The notes under the pieces are model-generated. The model searched no databases and had not been told where the DNA came from. It worked only from the letters and a program-made list of their open reading frames with translations. This document shows positions 35,796 to 52,594 of a DNA stretch of 64,000 bases, piece after piece. The translations under genes and the position numbers were made by a program. The DNA is from Eledone cirrhosa. Taxonomy: Eukaryota. Position 1 is the stretch's first letter, and each line of letters opens with the position of its first letter. The stretch lies in contig OZ024744.1 in assembly GCA_964016885.1 (NCBI GenBank), forward strand, positions 107,384,001 to 107,448,000, in the 5' to 3' direction.

Positions 35796-36400
35796 GTCAC
35801 CAGTTGGTGCTACTGGTAACATGTATCCCAGTACAACCTGTCTCATGGTCGGGTCGTTGGCGACTAAACTGGCAACCCCACCAAGGTTTCTTGGTGAGGA
35901 GGGTGACTTTGGACATCCTGCAGGACTAAAAACAAAACCTGTCAAAGGGCAAAGGAGCTCTTAAGAGTCAATGGCCATCCAAAATCACCGGGAGAGATGA
36001 CCCCTTAGCCTTTGTCAAGGCAGAATTCTAGGAGAAGGAAAACTCTGATATAACACCTGCAACCCTGATGGTATCCAATGATGTTGACTTGTTCTTCTTT
36101 TTGGTAAATATCATCTTGGTTAAGAGAGTGGGACTGGCTTTGTGCAGTGCCTTTGCTCACTATAAAAGCTTCACGGCACAGGCATTGCTTTATATCTGGA
36201 GATCTCTGCACTTGTCGTCACAGGGTACCATGGGCCCAGCACTATGTGTCAATAATTGTCACAAGTGTAGTGTTTGTACCAGAGTTTTCAAGTCGCTGGC
36301 TGGAATAAAAAGTCACATTCGTTCAGCGCATCGGTAGGGGTTCTCCTACATGTATATAAAGTAGTGGCCGTACTCGAAAACGAGTTGGCAGCCACCACCA
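35796..36400 (+). mobile_element. Family A non-autonomous RTE-derived element, full length
   Basis: Same termini as 21-618, followed by (TATG)n. Confidence 0.78.
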
Positions 36401-36528
36401 TGTATGTATATATGTATGTATGTATGTTGTATATATATATATATATGTATGTATATATATATGTATGTATGTATATATATGTATATATATATGTATGTAT
36501 ATATATATATGGATGTATGTATATATAT

Positions 36529-36569
<41 letters not shown>

Positions 36570-36596
36570 TATATGTATATATATATATGTATATAT

Positions 36597-36802
36597 ATAA
36601 TGTATTTTGCAATACACTTTATGCTTAAGGAGGGGTAGTTATCCTTGATAAGCTTCAACAAAAGCGAAACAAGGCCCTTGTCGGCTTATCTCCCCTGTTT
36701 GCTGAGATTAAAGTAAGTGAATTTGTCACTACTCTAAAACAATAGCATAAGGTCTTCAAAATGCTTTTAATTAAGCATAAAGTGTATTGCAAAATACATT
36801 AT
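36597..36802 (+). mobile_element. 206-bp element with 32-bp terminal inverted repeats enclosing a hammerhead
   Basis: ATAATGTATTTTGCAATACACTTTATGCTTAA at 36597-36628 and its reverse complement at 36771-36802. Confidence 0.75.
36629..36695 (+). ncRNA. Type I hammerhead ribozyme, U3-A8 variant, with a full stem III
   Basis: CC-TTGATAA-GCTTcaacaaAAGC-GAAA-CAAGgccCTTG-TC-GG. Stem I is short and bulged (GGGGTAG/TTATCTC). Confidence 0.68.
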
Positions 36803-37004
36803 ATATACATCCATATATATATTGCTATTTCAGAGCTCCAATTCTAATTTTTAATATGTATGTATGTATGTATATGTATGTATGTATATGAATGTATGTA
36901 TGTATATGAATGTATGTATGTATGTATGTATATGTATGTATGTATATATATATATATATGTATGTATATATATATATATGTATGTATATATATATATATG
37001 TATG

Positions 37005-37035
<31 letters not shown>

Positions 37036-37072
37036 ATATATATATGTATGTATATATATATATGTATGTATG

Positions 37073-37103
<31 letters not shown>

Positions 37104-37257
37104 GTATGTATGTATATATATATATGTATGTATATATATATATGTATGTATGTATGTATATATATATATGTATGTATGTATGTATATATATGTATGTATG
37201 TATATATATATGTATGTATGTATATATATATGTATATATATATGAATGTATGTATAT

Positions 37258-37978
37258 ATTGGTACGGTCACGTGATGCGCATGAAAGACGACAGCTGTAT
37301 AACAAAGTGCAGGGCAATAAAGATAGACGGTAGCCACGGAGTAGGCAGACCCAGAAAAACATGGGACGAGCTGATAAATTCCGACCTCACACGCTTACAC
37401 CTCTCCAAGACAATGTCACTGGACCGAGACCTTTGGCGGTACTCAGTAATAGAGAAGACCCGCCTTACCTAAATACAAAGTAAAAACCTACTACAGTCAG
37501 TAGGCACCTCTATCAAAACACACCCCCGTCCCACCACCTCCACCCCACCCACACCGCCCCTTTCAATGTAAAGTTATGTTGGTCCCACAACATCCAGGCC
37601 GAAACAAATGAGATCGTGTAGGTGTCACGACAAAAAACACACAGTCCACGCTGTAAATGTGGCCGTGTAGGCAACACGGTAAAAACCTCCCAGCCCCACA
37701 CTGTAAATGTGGTTGGTGTTAGGAAGGGCATCCAGCTGTAGAAAACCCACCAGACAGTCCACGCTGTAATGTGGCCGTGTAGGCAACACGGTAAAAACCT
37801 CCCAGCCCCACACTGTAAATGTGGTTGGTGTTAGGAAGGGCATCCAACTGTAGAAAACCCGCCAGACAGTCCTATGCGAGCAAGACAACCACTCTTGCCT
37901 CAAGTGGGAAAACCCCCGTCCAAACCCATGCAAGCGTGGAACACGGACGCTAAACCTGATGATGATGATGATGATGAT
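37258..37978 (+). mobile_element. RTE 3' end and UTR (family of 31530-35166) with internal duplication of about 111 bp
   Basis: [13 protein letters not shown]...EKTRLT*, with a duplicated GTTGGTGTTAGGAAGGGCATCCA block. Confidence 0.88.
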
Positions 37979-38047
37979 GTATGTATATATATATATGTAT
38001 GTATATATATATGTATGTATATATATATATGTATGTATATATATATG

Positions 38048-38100
<53 letters not shown>

Positions 38101-38141
38101 GTATGTATATATATATATGTATGTATATATATATATGTATG

Positions 38142-38199
<58 letters not shown>

Positions 38200-38211
38200 T
38201 ATATATGTATG

Positions 38212-38259
<48 letters not shown>

Positions 38260-38359
38260 TATATATGTATATATATGTATGTATATATATATATGTATAT
38301 ATATATATGTATATATATGTATGTATATATATATATGTATATATATATGTATATATATA

Positions 38360-38620
38360 TCTATATCTATCTAAGGCGGGTAAAATTCCCGAGATCCATG
38401 GACGAGTTCTCTCCAGTGGTCTCTGTCCCTCATTATCGCTGCCATGTCCTGCGTCTCCAACAGACCAGCGTCTGTCCTTAGGGCATCAACATATGTTAAC
38501 CTTGGTCTTCCTCTTCTAGTGTGTCCATGTAGGGGCTCCCAAAGGAGCACTGAGTGCAATGTCAACTCTGGATGTCGGTGAGCATGTCCAGCCAACCTCA
38601 GTCTTCTCTGTGTCACAATG
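38360..38620 (-). mobile_element. 3' end of a distinct RTE/RTE-X-like LINE
   Basis: [15 protein letters not shown]...[19 protein letters not shown]...MRDRDHWR. Confidence 0.8.
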
Positions 38621-38629
38621 TATATATAC

Positions 38630-38779
<150 letters not shown>

Positions 38780-38792
38780 AAATATATATATG

Positions 38793-38834
<42 letters not shown>

Positions 38835-38850
38835 TATATGTATAAATATA

Positions 38851-38945
<95 letters not shown>

Positions 38946-38958
38946 AAATATATATATG

Positions 38959-39003
<45 letters not shown>

Positions 39004-39010
39004 AAATATA

Positions 39011-39203
<193 letters not shown>

Positions 39204-39385
39204 GTATAAATATATATATGTATAAATATATATATGTATATATATATGTATATATGTATGTAGGAGGTGAGTTTTATTGTAGTACAATAAAGCAATGCAG
39301 ATATCGGATAAGAAGCACTCTACAGTTTGTGGGACTGGAGTATGCATAATATAAGATCAAAAGATGGTTAAAGGAGTTCCATATA

Positions 39386-39452
39386 TTTTATTATGCGCAT
39401 TTCAAAAACAAACATCATCAAGCAATAATATTTGTGTTTTCATCAGATAAAA
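39386..39452 (-). ncRNA. Minimal type I hammerhead ribozyme
   Basis: Reverse complement of 39550-39616. Confidence 0.78.
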
Positions 39453-39549
39453 CAGGAGAACATGATATGAAGGCTAAAAAACACTTGTTGATAGTGCAGA
39501 AACTGCACTATCAACAAGTGTTTTTTAGCCTTCATATCATGTTCTCCTG

Positions 39550-39616
39550 TTTTATCTGATGAAAACACAAATATTATTGCTTGATGATGTTTGTTTTTGA
39601 AATGCGCATAATAAAA
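39550..39616 (+). ncRNA. Minimal type I hammerhead ribozyme
   Basis: TTTTAT-CTGATGA-long stem II-GAAA-TGCGCA-TA-ATAAAA, with a palindromic stem III. Confidence 0.8.
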
Positions 39617-39663
39617 TATATGGAACTCCTTTAACCATCTTTTGATCTTATATTATGTATATA

Positions 39664-39696
<33 letters not shown>

Positions 39697-39719
39697 ATAT
39701 ATATATATATGTATATATG

Positions 39720-39754
<35 letters not shown>

Positions 39755-39828
39755 ATATATATATGTATATATGTATATATATATATGTATGTATGTATGT
39801 ATGTATATATATGTATGTATATGTATGT

Positions 39829-41909
39829 ATTGCGTGAGGTTTATGGACCGTCTTCTTCTCTGGTGACACCGCTTCGCAGCTTGGATGGCAAAGAACTTCT
39901 TCGTGACTCACAAGGAATTCTACGAAGGTGGCGAGAGAACTTTTGATGATCTTTTGAATCAGCCGTCTGTCGTCAGTGAAGATTTCCTCAATCTCATTCC
40001 AGAAAGTCCTGTGAAAGTAGCTCTCGCAGAACCTCCGACGCTTGTGGAGGTTGCAGTGGCTATTTCGAAGCTGAACAGTGGAAGATCTCCAGGTATGGAT
40101 GGCATACATGCTGAGCTCCTACAATATGGTGGTGAGAGACTCCTGCAACATCTTCACTCTTTGTTTGGCAGGATATGAACTAATGAATCCGTACCTGAGG
40201 ACTGGAGAGATGCAGTAATGGTGGTCTTGTACAAGGGAAAGGGTAACAGGAACGATTGTGGGAACTACAGAGGTATATCATTGCTTTCTGTCATAGGGAA
40301 AGTTTTATGTAGGGTGCTTCTGGACCGCCTGCTGACACACATTGCAGATTGTGTTCTTCCTGAAAGTCAATCTGGTTTTCGTGCTGGACGTGGCACTACT
40401 GATATGATCTTCTCAGCTAGACAGCTCCAGGAGAAGTGCATGGAACAAGGCTTGGATCTGTATCAGGTTTTTGTCGATCTGACAAAAGCTTTCGATACTG
40501 TTAACAGAGATGCATTATGGAAGGTTCTCCAGAAACTTGGTTGCCCTGATAAGTTCCTTGCTTTAGTTAGGTCTTTCCATGACGACATGAAGGCTTGGGT
40601 TAATGTCGGAGGTAACATGTCGGAGCCTATCTCAGTAAAAAATGGAGTGAAACAGGGGGATATTCCAGCACCGACCCTGTTTGCCATATACTTTGCAATG
40701 GTTTTCTGTATTGCATTCAGGAATTGCGAGCATGGTGTTTCCAGCCGATATCGAACCTCAGACAGCATATTTAACATCAGGCGCTTTGCTGCGAAGACAA
40801 AAGTATTTACATCAATCATAAGAGACCTCTTGTATGCAGATGATTGCGATCTTGTAGCGCACACAGAGAGTGATATGCAGCACATTTTGAATGCATTTTC
40901 TGACGCTTGCACTGCCCTAGGTTTGACTGTCAGTCTCAAGAAAACCGTCATGTACCAACCTGCCCCTGGTAAGCAGTACAATGAACCAACCATCTATGTG
41001 TATGGCAAACGACTTGGAGTGGTTGATCAGTTTGTCTACCTGGGAAGCACTGTCAATCGATACGGCAACCTTGACAGTGAAATCTCACTTAGGATTAGGA
41101 AAGCAAGTGATGCTTTCGGAAAGCTAGAAAGGCGACTCTGGAGTCGGCGAGACATATGCAGGAGGACAAAGGTAAAGGTATACAGGGCATGTGTGCTCTC
41201 GTCTTCTTTATGCCTGCGGGACCTGGGTCACATATCGACACCACCTTAAGCAATTGGAGCTTTTCCATCAGATGTGTCTCAGACGGATCCATGGCGTTCA
41301 CTGGAGGGACCACATCAGTGATGTCGAGATTTTGGAAAGCTCTATGTGTGACAGTATAGAAGCTCTTGTGCTTAAGCAATGACTCCGTTGGAGTGGTCAC
41401 CTTGCCAGGATGAAGGATTCTAGAATACCAAAACAACTCTTTTATGGAGAGTTGGTTAAAGGAAAACGACCGCCACATAAACCAAAAAATAGGTATAAGG
41501 ATTCCTTGAAAGCCTCTCTGAAAGACGCTAACATCTCTGCTGATACATGGGAAAATATTGCTGCTGATCGTAATAAATGGAGAAAGACTGTATATGAGGG
41601 AAAAGTTGCCTTTGAGGCATCTCGAATCGCATACGAGAAAGTAAAGCGGGATGCGAGGAAGGGCATTGCTGTTGCACTTCCGGACGGCAAGGGTCCTCCT
41701 ATGGTGCTGACATGCAGCGTCTGTGCGAGACTCTACCTAAGCAAAGCTGGACTCGAAAGTCATCTTCGCAGTCATAAAGTAAGACCAGTGGTTGACTACC
41801 AGGCTGCTGTTGGAGATGTTACTCATCATGCTTGCCAAACATGTGGTAGAGAATGTAAATCAGCAGGAGGGCTCAAGCGACATGCAAAAGTACACAAACT
41901 CCAACCACA
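39829..41909 (+). mobile_element. RTE (BovB-like) LINE, RT plus C2H2 fingers, disabled and truncated at both ends
   Basis: GNYRGISLLS, ESQSGFRAGRGTTD, FVDLTKAFDTV, GVKQG, LLYADD and FVYLGS, with stops and frameshifts. Confidence 0.93.
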
Positions 41910-41911
41910 TG

Positions 41912-41963
<52 letters not shown>

Positions 41964-42127
41964 AATTAAAATACCAGAGTGTGTTGGAGTTAAACACCCT
42001 CTTCATATTATAGATATGACAGTATAAGATATAGCTCAATGTAATTAAACAGAGCCGAAGAATTATAAGAAATAAGCCAAAGAAGCCTTCAATACATCAA
42101 AAGTCTTTATTAGCCAACAATATATAT

Positions 42128-42232
42128 ATTTCTTCTTTTTTTCTTTTCTTTTTTATTTATTTATTAATTTTTTTTTTTTTTTGCTTCCCGTGCAATGGCC
42201 ATACTCGATAACGAGGGGGCAGTCATCATGTA
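42128..42232 (+). mobile_element. Mini-element (T-tract plus RTE-type 3' end)
   Basis: CGTGCAATGGCCATACTCGATAACGAGGGGGCAGTCATCATG. Confidence 0.65.
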
Positions 42233-43336
<1,104 letters not shown>

Positions 43337-43828
43337 TCATTCATCATCATCGTTTAACGTCCATGTTCCACGCTTGCATGGGTTTGGACAGGAGTTTTCC
43401 CACTTGAGGCAAGAGTTGTTGTCTTGCTCGCATAGGACTGTCTGGCGGGTTTTCTACAGTTGGATGCCCTTCCTAACACCAACCACATTTACAGTGTGGC
43501 GCTGGGAGGTTTTTACCGTGTTGCCTACATGGCCACATTACAGCGTGGACTGTCTGGCGGGTTTTCTACAGCTGGATGCCCTTCCTAACACCAACCACAT
43601 TTACAGTGTTGGACTGGGAGGTTTTTACCGTGTTGCCTACACGGTCACATTACAGCGTGGACTGTGTGTTTTTTTGTCATGACACCTACACGAGCTCATT
43701 TGTTTCGGCCTGGATTTTGGGCACCAACATAACTTTACATTGAAAGGGGCGGTGTGGATGGCGTGGGGGTGGTGGGACGGGGGTGTTTTTTTGTTAGAGA
43801 TGCCTATTGACTGTAGTAGGTTTTACTA
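43337..43828 (-). mobile_element. RTE 3' UTR copy with internal duplication
   Basis: Reverse complement of about 37480-37978. Confidence 0.85.
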
Positions 43829-43830
43829 TA

Positions 43831-46057
43831 TCATCATCAACGTTTAACGTCCGTGTTCCACGCTTGCATGGGTTTGGACGGGGGTAGTCCCACTTGAGGC
43901 AAGAGTGATTGTCTTGCTCGCATAGGACTGTCTGGCAGGTTTTCTACAGTTGGATGCCCTTCCTAACACCAACCACATTTACAGTGTGGGTCTGGGAGGT
44001 TTTTACCGTGTTGCCTACATGGCCACATTACAGCGTGGACTGTGTTTTTTTGTCGTGACACCTACACGATCTCATTTGTTTCGGCCTGGATGGTGTGGCA
44101 CCAACATAACTTTACATAGAACGGGGTGGTGTGGATAGGGTGGGGGTGGTGGGACGGGGGGGGGGGGTATTTTGTTAGAGATGCCTACTGGCTGTAGTAG
44201 GTTTTACTATGTATTTAGGTAAGGCGGGTCTTCTCTGTTACTGAGTACCGCCAAAGGTCTCGGTCCAGTGACATTGTCTTGGAGAGGTGTAAGTGTGTGA
44301 GGTCGGAGTTTTTCAGCTCGTCCCAGGTTTTTCTAGGTCTGCCTATTCCGTGGCTACCGTCTATCTTTATTGCCCTGCACTTTGTTATACAGCTATCGAC
44401 TTTCATGCGCATCACGTGTCCATACCAACGTAGCCTTCTCTCGAGTAAACAACATCTGATCCCTCTTATTTCTAATTTTTTCCTTAGTTCGTTTATGCTT
44501 TGCCATTCACGTATATTACTGTTACACATCCAGCGGAGCATGCAAGCTTCGTTCCTCTCTAGTCTGCGTATATCCTCTGCACACAATGCCCAGGTCTCAC
44601 TGCCATGCAACATTGCTATTCGTATGCAGGCATCGTACAACCTGCCTTTCATTTTTAGGGAGAATCCTTTAGCAGCTAATAGTGGTATAAGCTCTCTGAA
44701 CTTTTTCCAACCAGTTCTGACTCTAGCTACTGTACTTTCAGAACACCCTCCCCCACTGCTGATTTTATCACCCAGGTAACGGAAACTGTCCACTATTTCT
44801 ATAGAACCTTCTGTGCAATTGAAAGAGCTAGTATTTTGTGGGCACTTGCTGCTACTTATTGCACCAGAGCACCGGCCACATGTAAAATCTATGTTCTTAG
44901 TTAGCTTACCTGTGATCCCACTACATCTTTTATGCACCCATACTTTGCATTTAGGACATAAAATGGAGTTTCTACCTACGCCTTTCCTACACACCGAGCA
45001 CGACCATTTCCCAGAAGGGACCGCCGCCTTATTTTCTTTCCTACAAACTAGAACTTTAGTCTTAGCCAGGTTAATTTTAAGTCCTTTTGATTCTAGGCCG
45101 TGCTTCCATGTTTGGAATTTCTTCTCTAGCTCGGCCATTGATTCCGCTATGAGTGTCAGGTCGTCTGCGTATAGGAGTTCCCATGGGCAGCCGGTCTTGA
45201 ACTCCTCTGTTATAGCCTGAAGGGCAATAATAAATAGTAGAGGGCTGAGAACAGAGCCCTGATGGACGCCAACTTTTACGCTAAACTCTTCACTATATTC
45301 GTTGTTAATTCTAACCTTGCTGACTGTTTCTTTATACATGGCTTGTATAGCTCTCACAAGCCATTCGTCAACACCTAGTTTTCTAAGAGCCCACCAGATA
45401 ATGGAGCGGGGGACTCTGTCGAAGGCTTTCTCCAAGTCGACAAAAGCTAAGTAGAGGGGTTTACCTTTAGCTAGGTACTTCTCCTGTAGTTGTCGTACAA
45501 TGAAAAGAGCGTCTGTGGTACTTTTGCCTGACACAAACCCGAACTGCATTTCATCTAGGTCAATTCTCTCTCTGATTAGTTGTGCTATTACTTTTTCCGT
45601 GACCTTCATGACCTGGTCGATTAATTTAATGCCTCTATAGTTACTCCTATCTAGGGCGTCTCCTTTACCCTTATAACAGTTAACGATGATGCTGCTATGC
45701 CAGTCCTTCGGAACAACCCCATTCTGTACGACTTGGTTAACTATGCGGGTGACCATGGTGTGTCCCAACGTGCCAGATGCCTTCAGCATCTCAGCAACTA
45801 TTTCCGAAGGCCCAGCCGCCTTACCCGTCTTCATATCCTTGATTGCCTTACTTATTATACTCCCCTCGACTAACACTGCTGGTCCCTCTATTGGGTCGAT
45901 ATGGGGGAGACTGTCTTTCTCCCATTTATTCTCCTCATTTAGTAGCCTTTCATAGTGACACTTCCAAGCTACCTTCTTATCAGCGTTGGTGATGGCAAGT
46001 ATGCCATCATCGTTAAGTACACACTTCTCCCCGACAATATCACGGTTTTCCTTGACG
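43831..46057 (-). mobile_element. RTE LINE, 5'-truncated, with open RT frame, PHD-like insert and 3' UTR
   Basis: ORF 44215-46146, of which the real part runs from VKENRDIVGEK to EKTRLT*. Confidence 0.95.
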
Positions 46058-46065
46058 CATATATA

Positions 46066-46114
<49 letters not shown>

Positions 46115-46346
46115 GTATATATTTCGTTTCTGAATTTGTTTAGCAAGATTCTTTATCTGAAATCGTGTGTTGAAACCGATATTGTTATACTTTGGGAGGG
46201 TCATGTTGCCAATAAGAAACACACACACCAGTTGCTTTCACTTCAATTTATTATATATTTATAAATTTATAAATTTACAAATCTACAAACTTATAAATTT
46301 CTGGTTGGTTGGTTGGTTCCACAACCAGATAGTTGTTTATATATAT

Positions 46347-46391
46347 AGTCATAGTCCTTTCGTCACACACTCTGTGACCTCTTCAGTGACT
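46347..46391 (-). ncRNA. Minimal type I hammerhead ribozyme
   Basis: Reverse complement of 46901-46945. Confidence 0.78.
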
Positions 46392-46900
46392 GGGGATTCC
46401 TTTCTTCGTTTCTGTGCCTTTTCTTTCTTCTATCCTACGCCATTTTGTTTCTGTGTGTGTGTTGTGTGCTCAGTTTGCGCATGTGCCACATCCGGGTGTC
46501 TGTGTGTGTTTGTGTTCATTTTTCTATTTGTTTATTTATTTATTGTTGGTTGGTTGTTTGTTCTATGTGTGTGTGTGTTTTCATTTTGTCCTGTGTGTGT
46601 TTTCATTTTGTGTGTGTTTTCAATTGTGTGTTTTCAATTTGTGTGTGTTTTCAATTGTAAGTTGTTTGTTCTATGTGTGTGTGTGTCTTCATTTTGTCCT
46701 TAATTGTAAGTTGTGATGTTGCTGTTCCACTCAAACAACCAACCAACAATAAATAAATAAACAAATAGAAAAATGAACACAAACACACACAGACACCCGG
46801 ATGTGGCACATGCGCAAACTGAGCACACAACACACACACAGAAACAAAATGGCGTAGGATAGAAGAAAGAAAAGGCACAGAAACGAAGAAAGGAATCCTC

Positions 46901-46945
46901 AGTCACTGAAGAGGTCACAGAGTGTGTGACGAAAGGACTATGACT
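46901..46945 (+). ncRNA. Minimal type I hammerhead ribozyme
   Basis: AGTCA-CTGAAGA-gGTCACAgagtgTGTGAC-GAAA-GGAC-TA-TGACT. Confidence 0.8.
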
Positions 46946-47285
46946 ATATATATAAACAACTATCTGGTTGTGGAACCAACCAACCAACCAGAAATTTATA
47001 AGTTTGTAGATTTGTAAATTTATAAATTTATAAATATATAATAAATTGAAGTGAAAGCAACTGGTGCGTGTGTTTCTTATTGGCAACATGACCCTCCCAA
47101 AGTATAACAATATATGTATATATATATATATATTTGGTTATTATTGCACCGAAGTGAGATATATGATTTTTAATGCAATGAAATATCTATGATCTTCGGC
47201 AAATCACTGATGAGGGACTTATTTTATTACATGTTACCATGTGCTACCTGCAGTATTTTTCTCTATATTTTAATATATATATATG

Positions 47286-47339
<54 letters not shown>

Positions 47340-47341
<2 letters not shown>

Positions 47342-47754
47342 GAGAAGACCCGCCTTACCTAAATATATAGTAAAACCTACTCCAGCCAGTAGGCATCTCT
47401 AACAAAATACACCCCGTCCCACCACCCCCACCCGATCCACACCACCCCGTTCTATGTAAAGTTATGTTGGTGCCGCGCCATCGAGGCCGAAACAAATGAG
47501 ATCGTGTAGGTGTCACGACAAAAAAACACACAGTCCACGCTGTAATGTGGCCGTGTAGGCAACACGGTAAAAACCTCCCAGCCCCACACTGTAAATGTGG
47601 TTGGTGTTAGGAAGGGCATCCAACTGTAGAAAACCTGCCAGACAGTCCTATGCGAGCAAGACAATCACTCTTGCCTCAAGTGGGACTACCCCCGTCCAAA
47701 CCCATGCAAGCGTGGAACACGGACGTGAAACGTTGATGATGATGATGATGATGA
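47340..47754 (+). mobile_element. RTE 3' UTR copy
   Basis: Reverse complement of about 43831-44235, with (GAT)n tail. Confidence 0.85.
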
Positions 47755-49370
<1,616 letters not shown>

Positions 49371-49372
<2 letters not shown>

Positions 49373-50021
49373 ACTTTGAATAACTTTGAAATGTTTTGGC
49401 CAGTATTGGCCCAGGCCATGTCTAACTTAATAGCACCACCTGGCGAAGTCTTTCAATTCAGGATTTGGGCACCATGGCCCATTCGAGAAGAGAATTACTG
49501 TTTGCGGAGATATATCCGGGTGTGGGTGGTTTGTCCGGGATTACTTGGAGGAATTTGTCCAAAGACTTCTTGAATTTTGAGTGGTCAGTTTCTGTTTTGA
49601 CGTGTCCTGGTGTGATGTTGAAGAGAGCAGGGCCGATTGAGGTGAAATAATTGTGCCGTATTGTTGTTATGAGTTGCGATTGAGATTTTTGAATGGGACG
49701 GATAGCACGGGGCCCAAGCCTTGGGTGTATCTTGAAGGCGATGCCAACATCATTTGGGCAGTGATGATGGAACATTTTCCACATCATGCAGATAATATAA
49801 CGCTCACGGCGACGTTGGAGTGAGTAAAGTTTCAGGTTTTCCAATCGACCCCAGTAGTCAAGGTCTGACATGCCATCTATCTTTTTCGTGATTGCCCTTT
49901 GAGGAGCTTCAAGTTTCATGATACTTTGTTTCGTGTGGGGAGACCACAGTGGACAACAGTATTCAAGGTGTGGTCGGGCGAAAGTAGAGAAGAGAAGGAT
50001 AATGGTGCGGGAATCTCTCGA
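49371..50021 (-). mobile_element. CR1/L2-group LINE 3' fragment
   Basis: [14 protein letters not shown]...[11 protein letters not shown]...GPALFN...FKKSLDKFL, with tail (TTCAAAGTTA)2. Confidence 0.88.
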
Positions 50022-51900
<1,879 letters not shown>

Positions 51901-52594
51901 CGGTGAGGAGAAAACCGAAGAGAGGGATGAGGAGAAAGAGAGGGAAAAGGAAAAGGAAAAGGAAAAAGAAAAGGAGGAGAGCAGAAGCACGGACCTGAAA
52001 GAAAATGATATACCCTCCGCCACAGGCAGGGAGGGCAGGCCGGGCAACCAACAAGCTAAAGGCAAAGGTGAAAAGCGAAATCACCTTCCGAAGGAGAACC
52101 AAGCGCAGAGGGACCAGGGGACAACTGTTCAAAGAAAGAACAGAAAGCACCGAGACACTGGGAGCAAAAAACCCCAAGTAATGTGCAAGTTTTTCAAGAA
52201 CGGGACATGCTGGCATGGAGAGACAGGGATGGGATGCAGATTCGCCCACCCTAGGTCTCAAACGAACTATGCCCATCATACTCGCGCAACATGCCCCAGC
52301 CAAAGCCGAAATAAGCCGCTCCAGAAGTATGCTGATGTCGCGCGTGCTGCACCAACAAGGAGAAGGCACGCACATGCCGACGAGATACAGATGGCAGCAG
52401 CAGATCAGAAAAATTTTTTAGTGATGGCGGAGAAGATTGTGGGACACCTGACCTGGCTGCATCGTCTCCAGAGCCAGGGTCATCCACACCAGCACTCGAG
52501 ACCACCGCAGTTAAGGGACCCAGAGTGGCCGCCACTGACACCAGACCAGGTGTCATACCGACAGCCATTACTGGCACCCCAAAAGTCACACTAG
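51901..52594 (+). CDS. ORF1 C-terminal part of a CR1/L2-group LINE, with a CCCH zinc finger
   Basis: [23 protein letters not shown]. 5'-truncated at the TA repeat and overlapping the ORF2 start. Confidence 0.7.

Larger units (their letters stand above)
39345..39657. repeat. Palindrome (about 155-bp arms, 3-nt spacer) with a hammerhead on each strand
   Basis: Centre at 39501 (TGCAG-AAA-CTGCA). A single-arm copy lies at 58600-58748. Confidence 0.93.
46179..47113. repeat. Inverted repeat (about 380-bp arms, about 170-bp simple-repeat spacer), PLE pseudo-LTR-like
   Basis: ATATTGTTATACTTTGGGAGGGTCATG pairs with CATGACCCTCCCAAAGTATAACAATAT. A related end occurs at 17022. Confidence 0.9.

Noticed and set aside
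35796-35950. HDV-like ribozyme at the 5' end of family A (GGTCACC/GGTGACT could form P1)
   Set aside because: No correctly placed P3/L3 or P1.1 GG could be built by eye.
47180-47220. Type II hammerhead (GAAA-TATC-TA-TGAT..ATCA-CTGATGA)
   Set aside because: No stem II pairing between the flanks.
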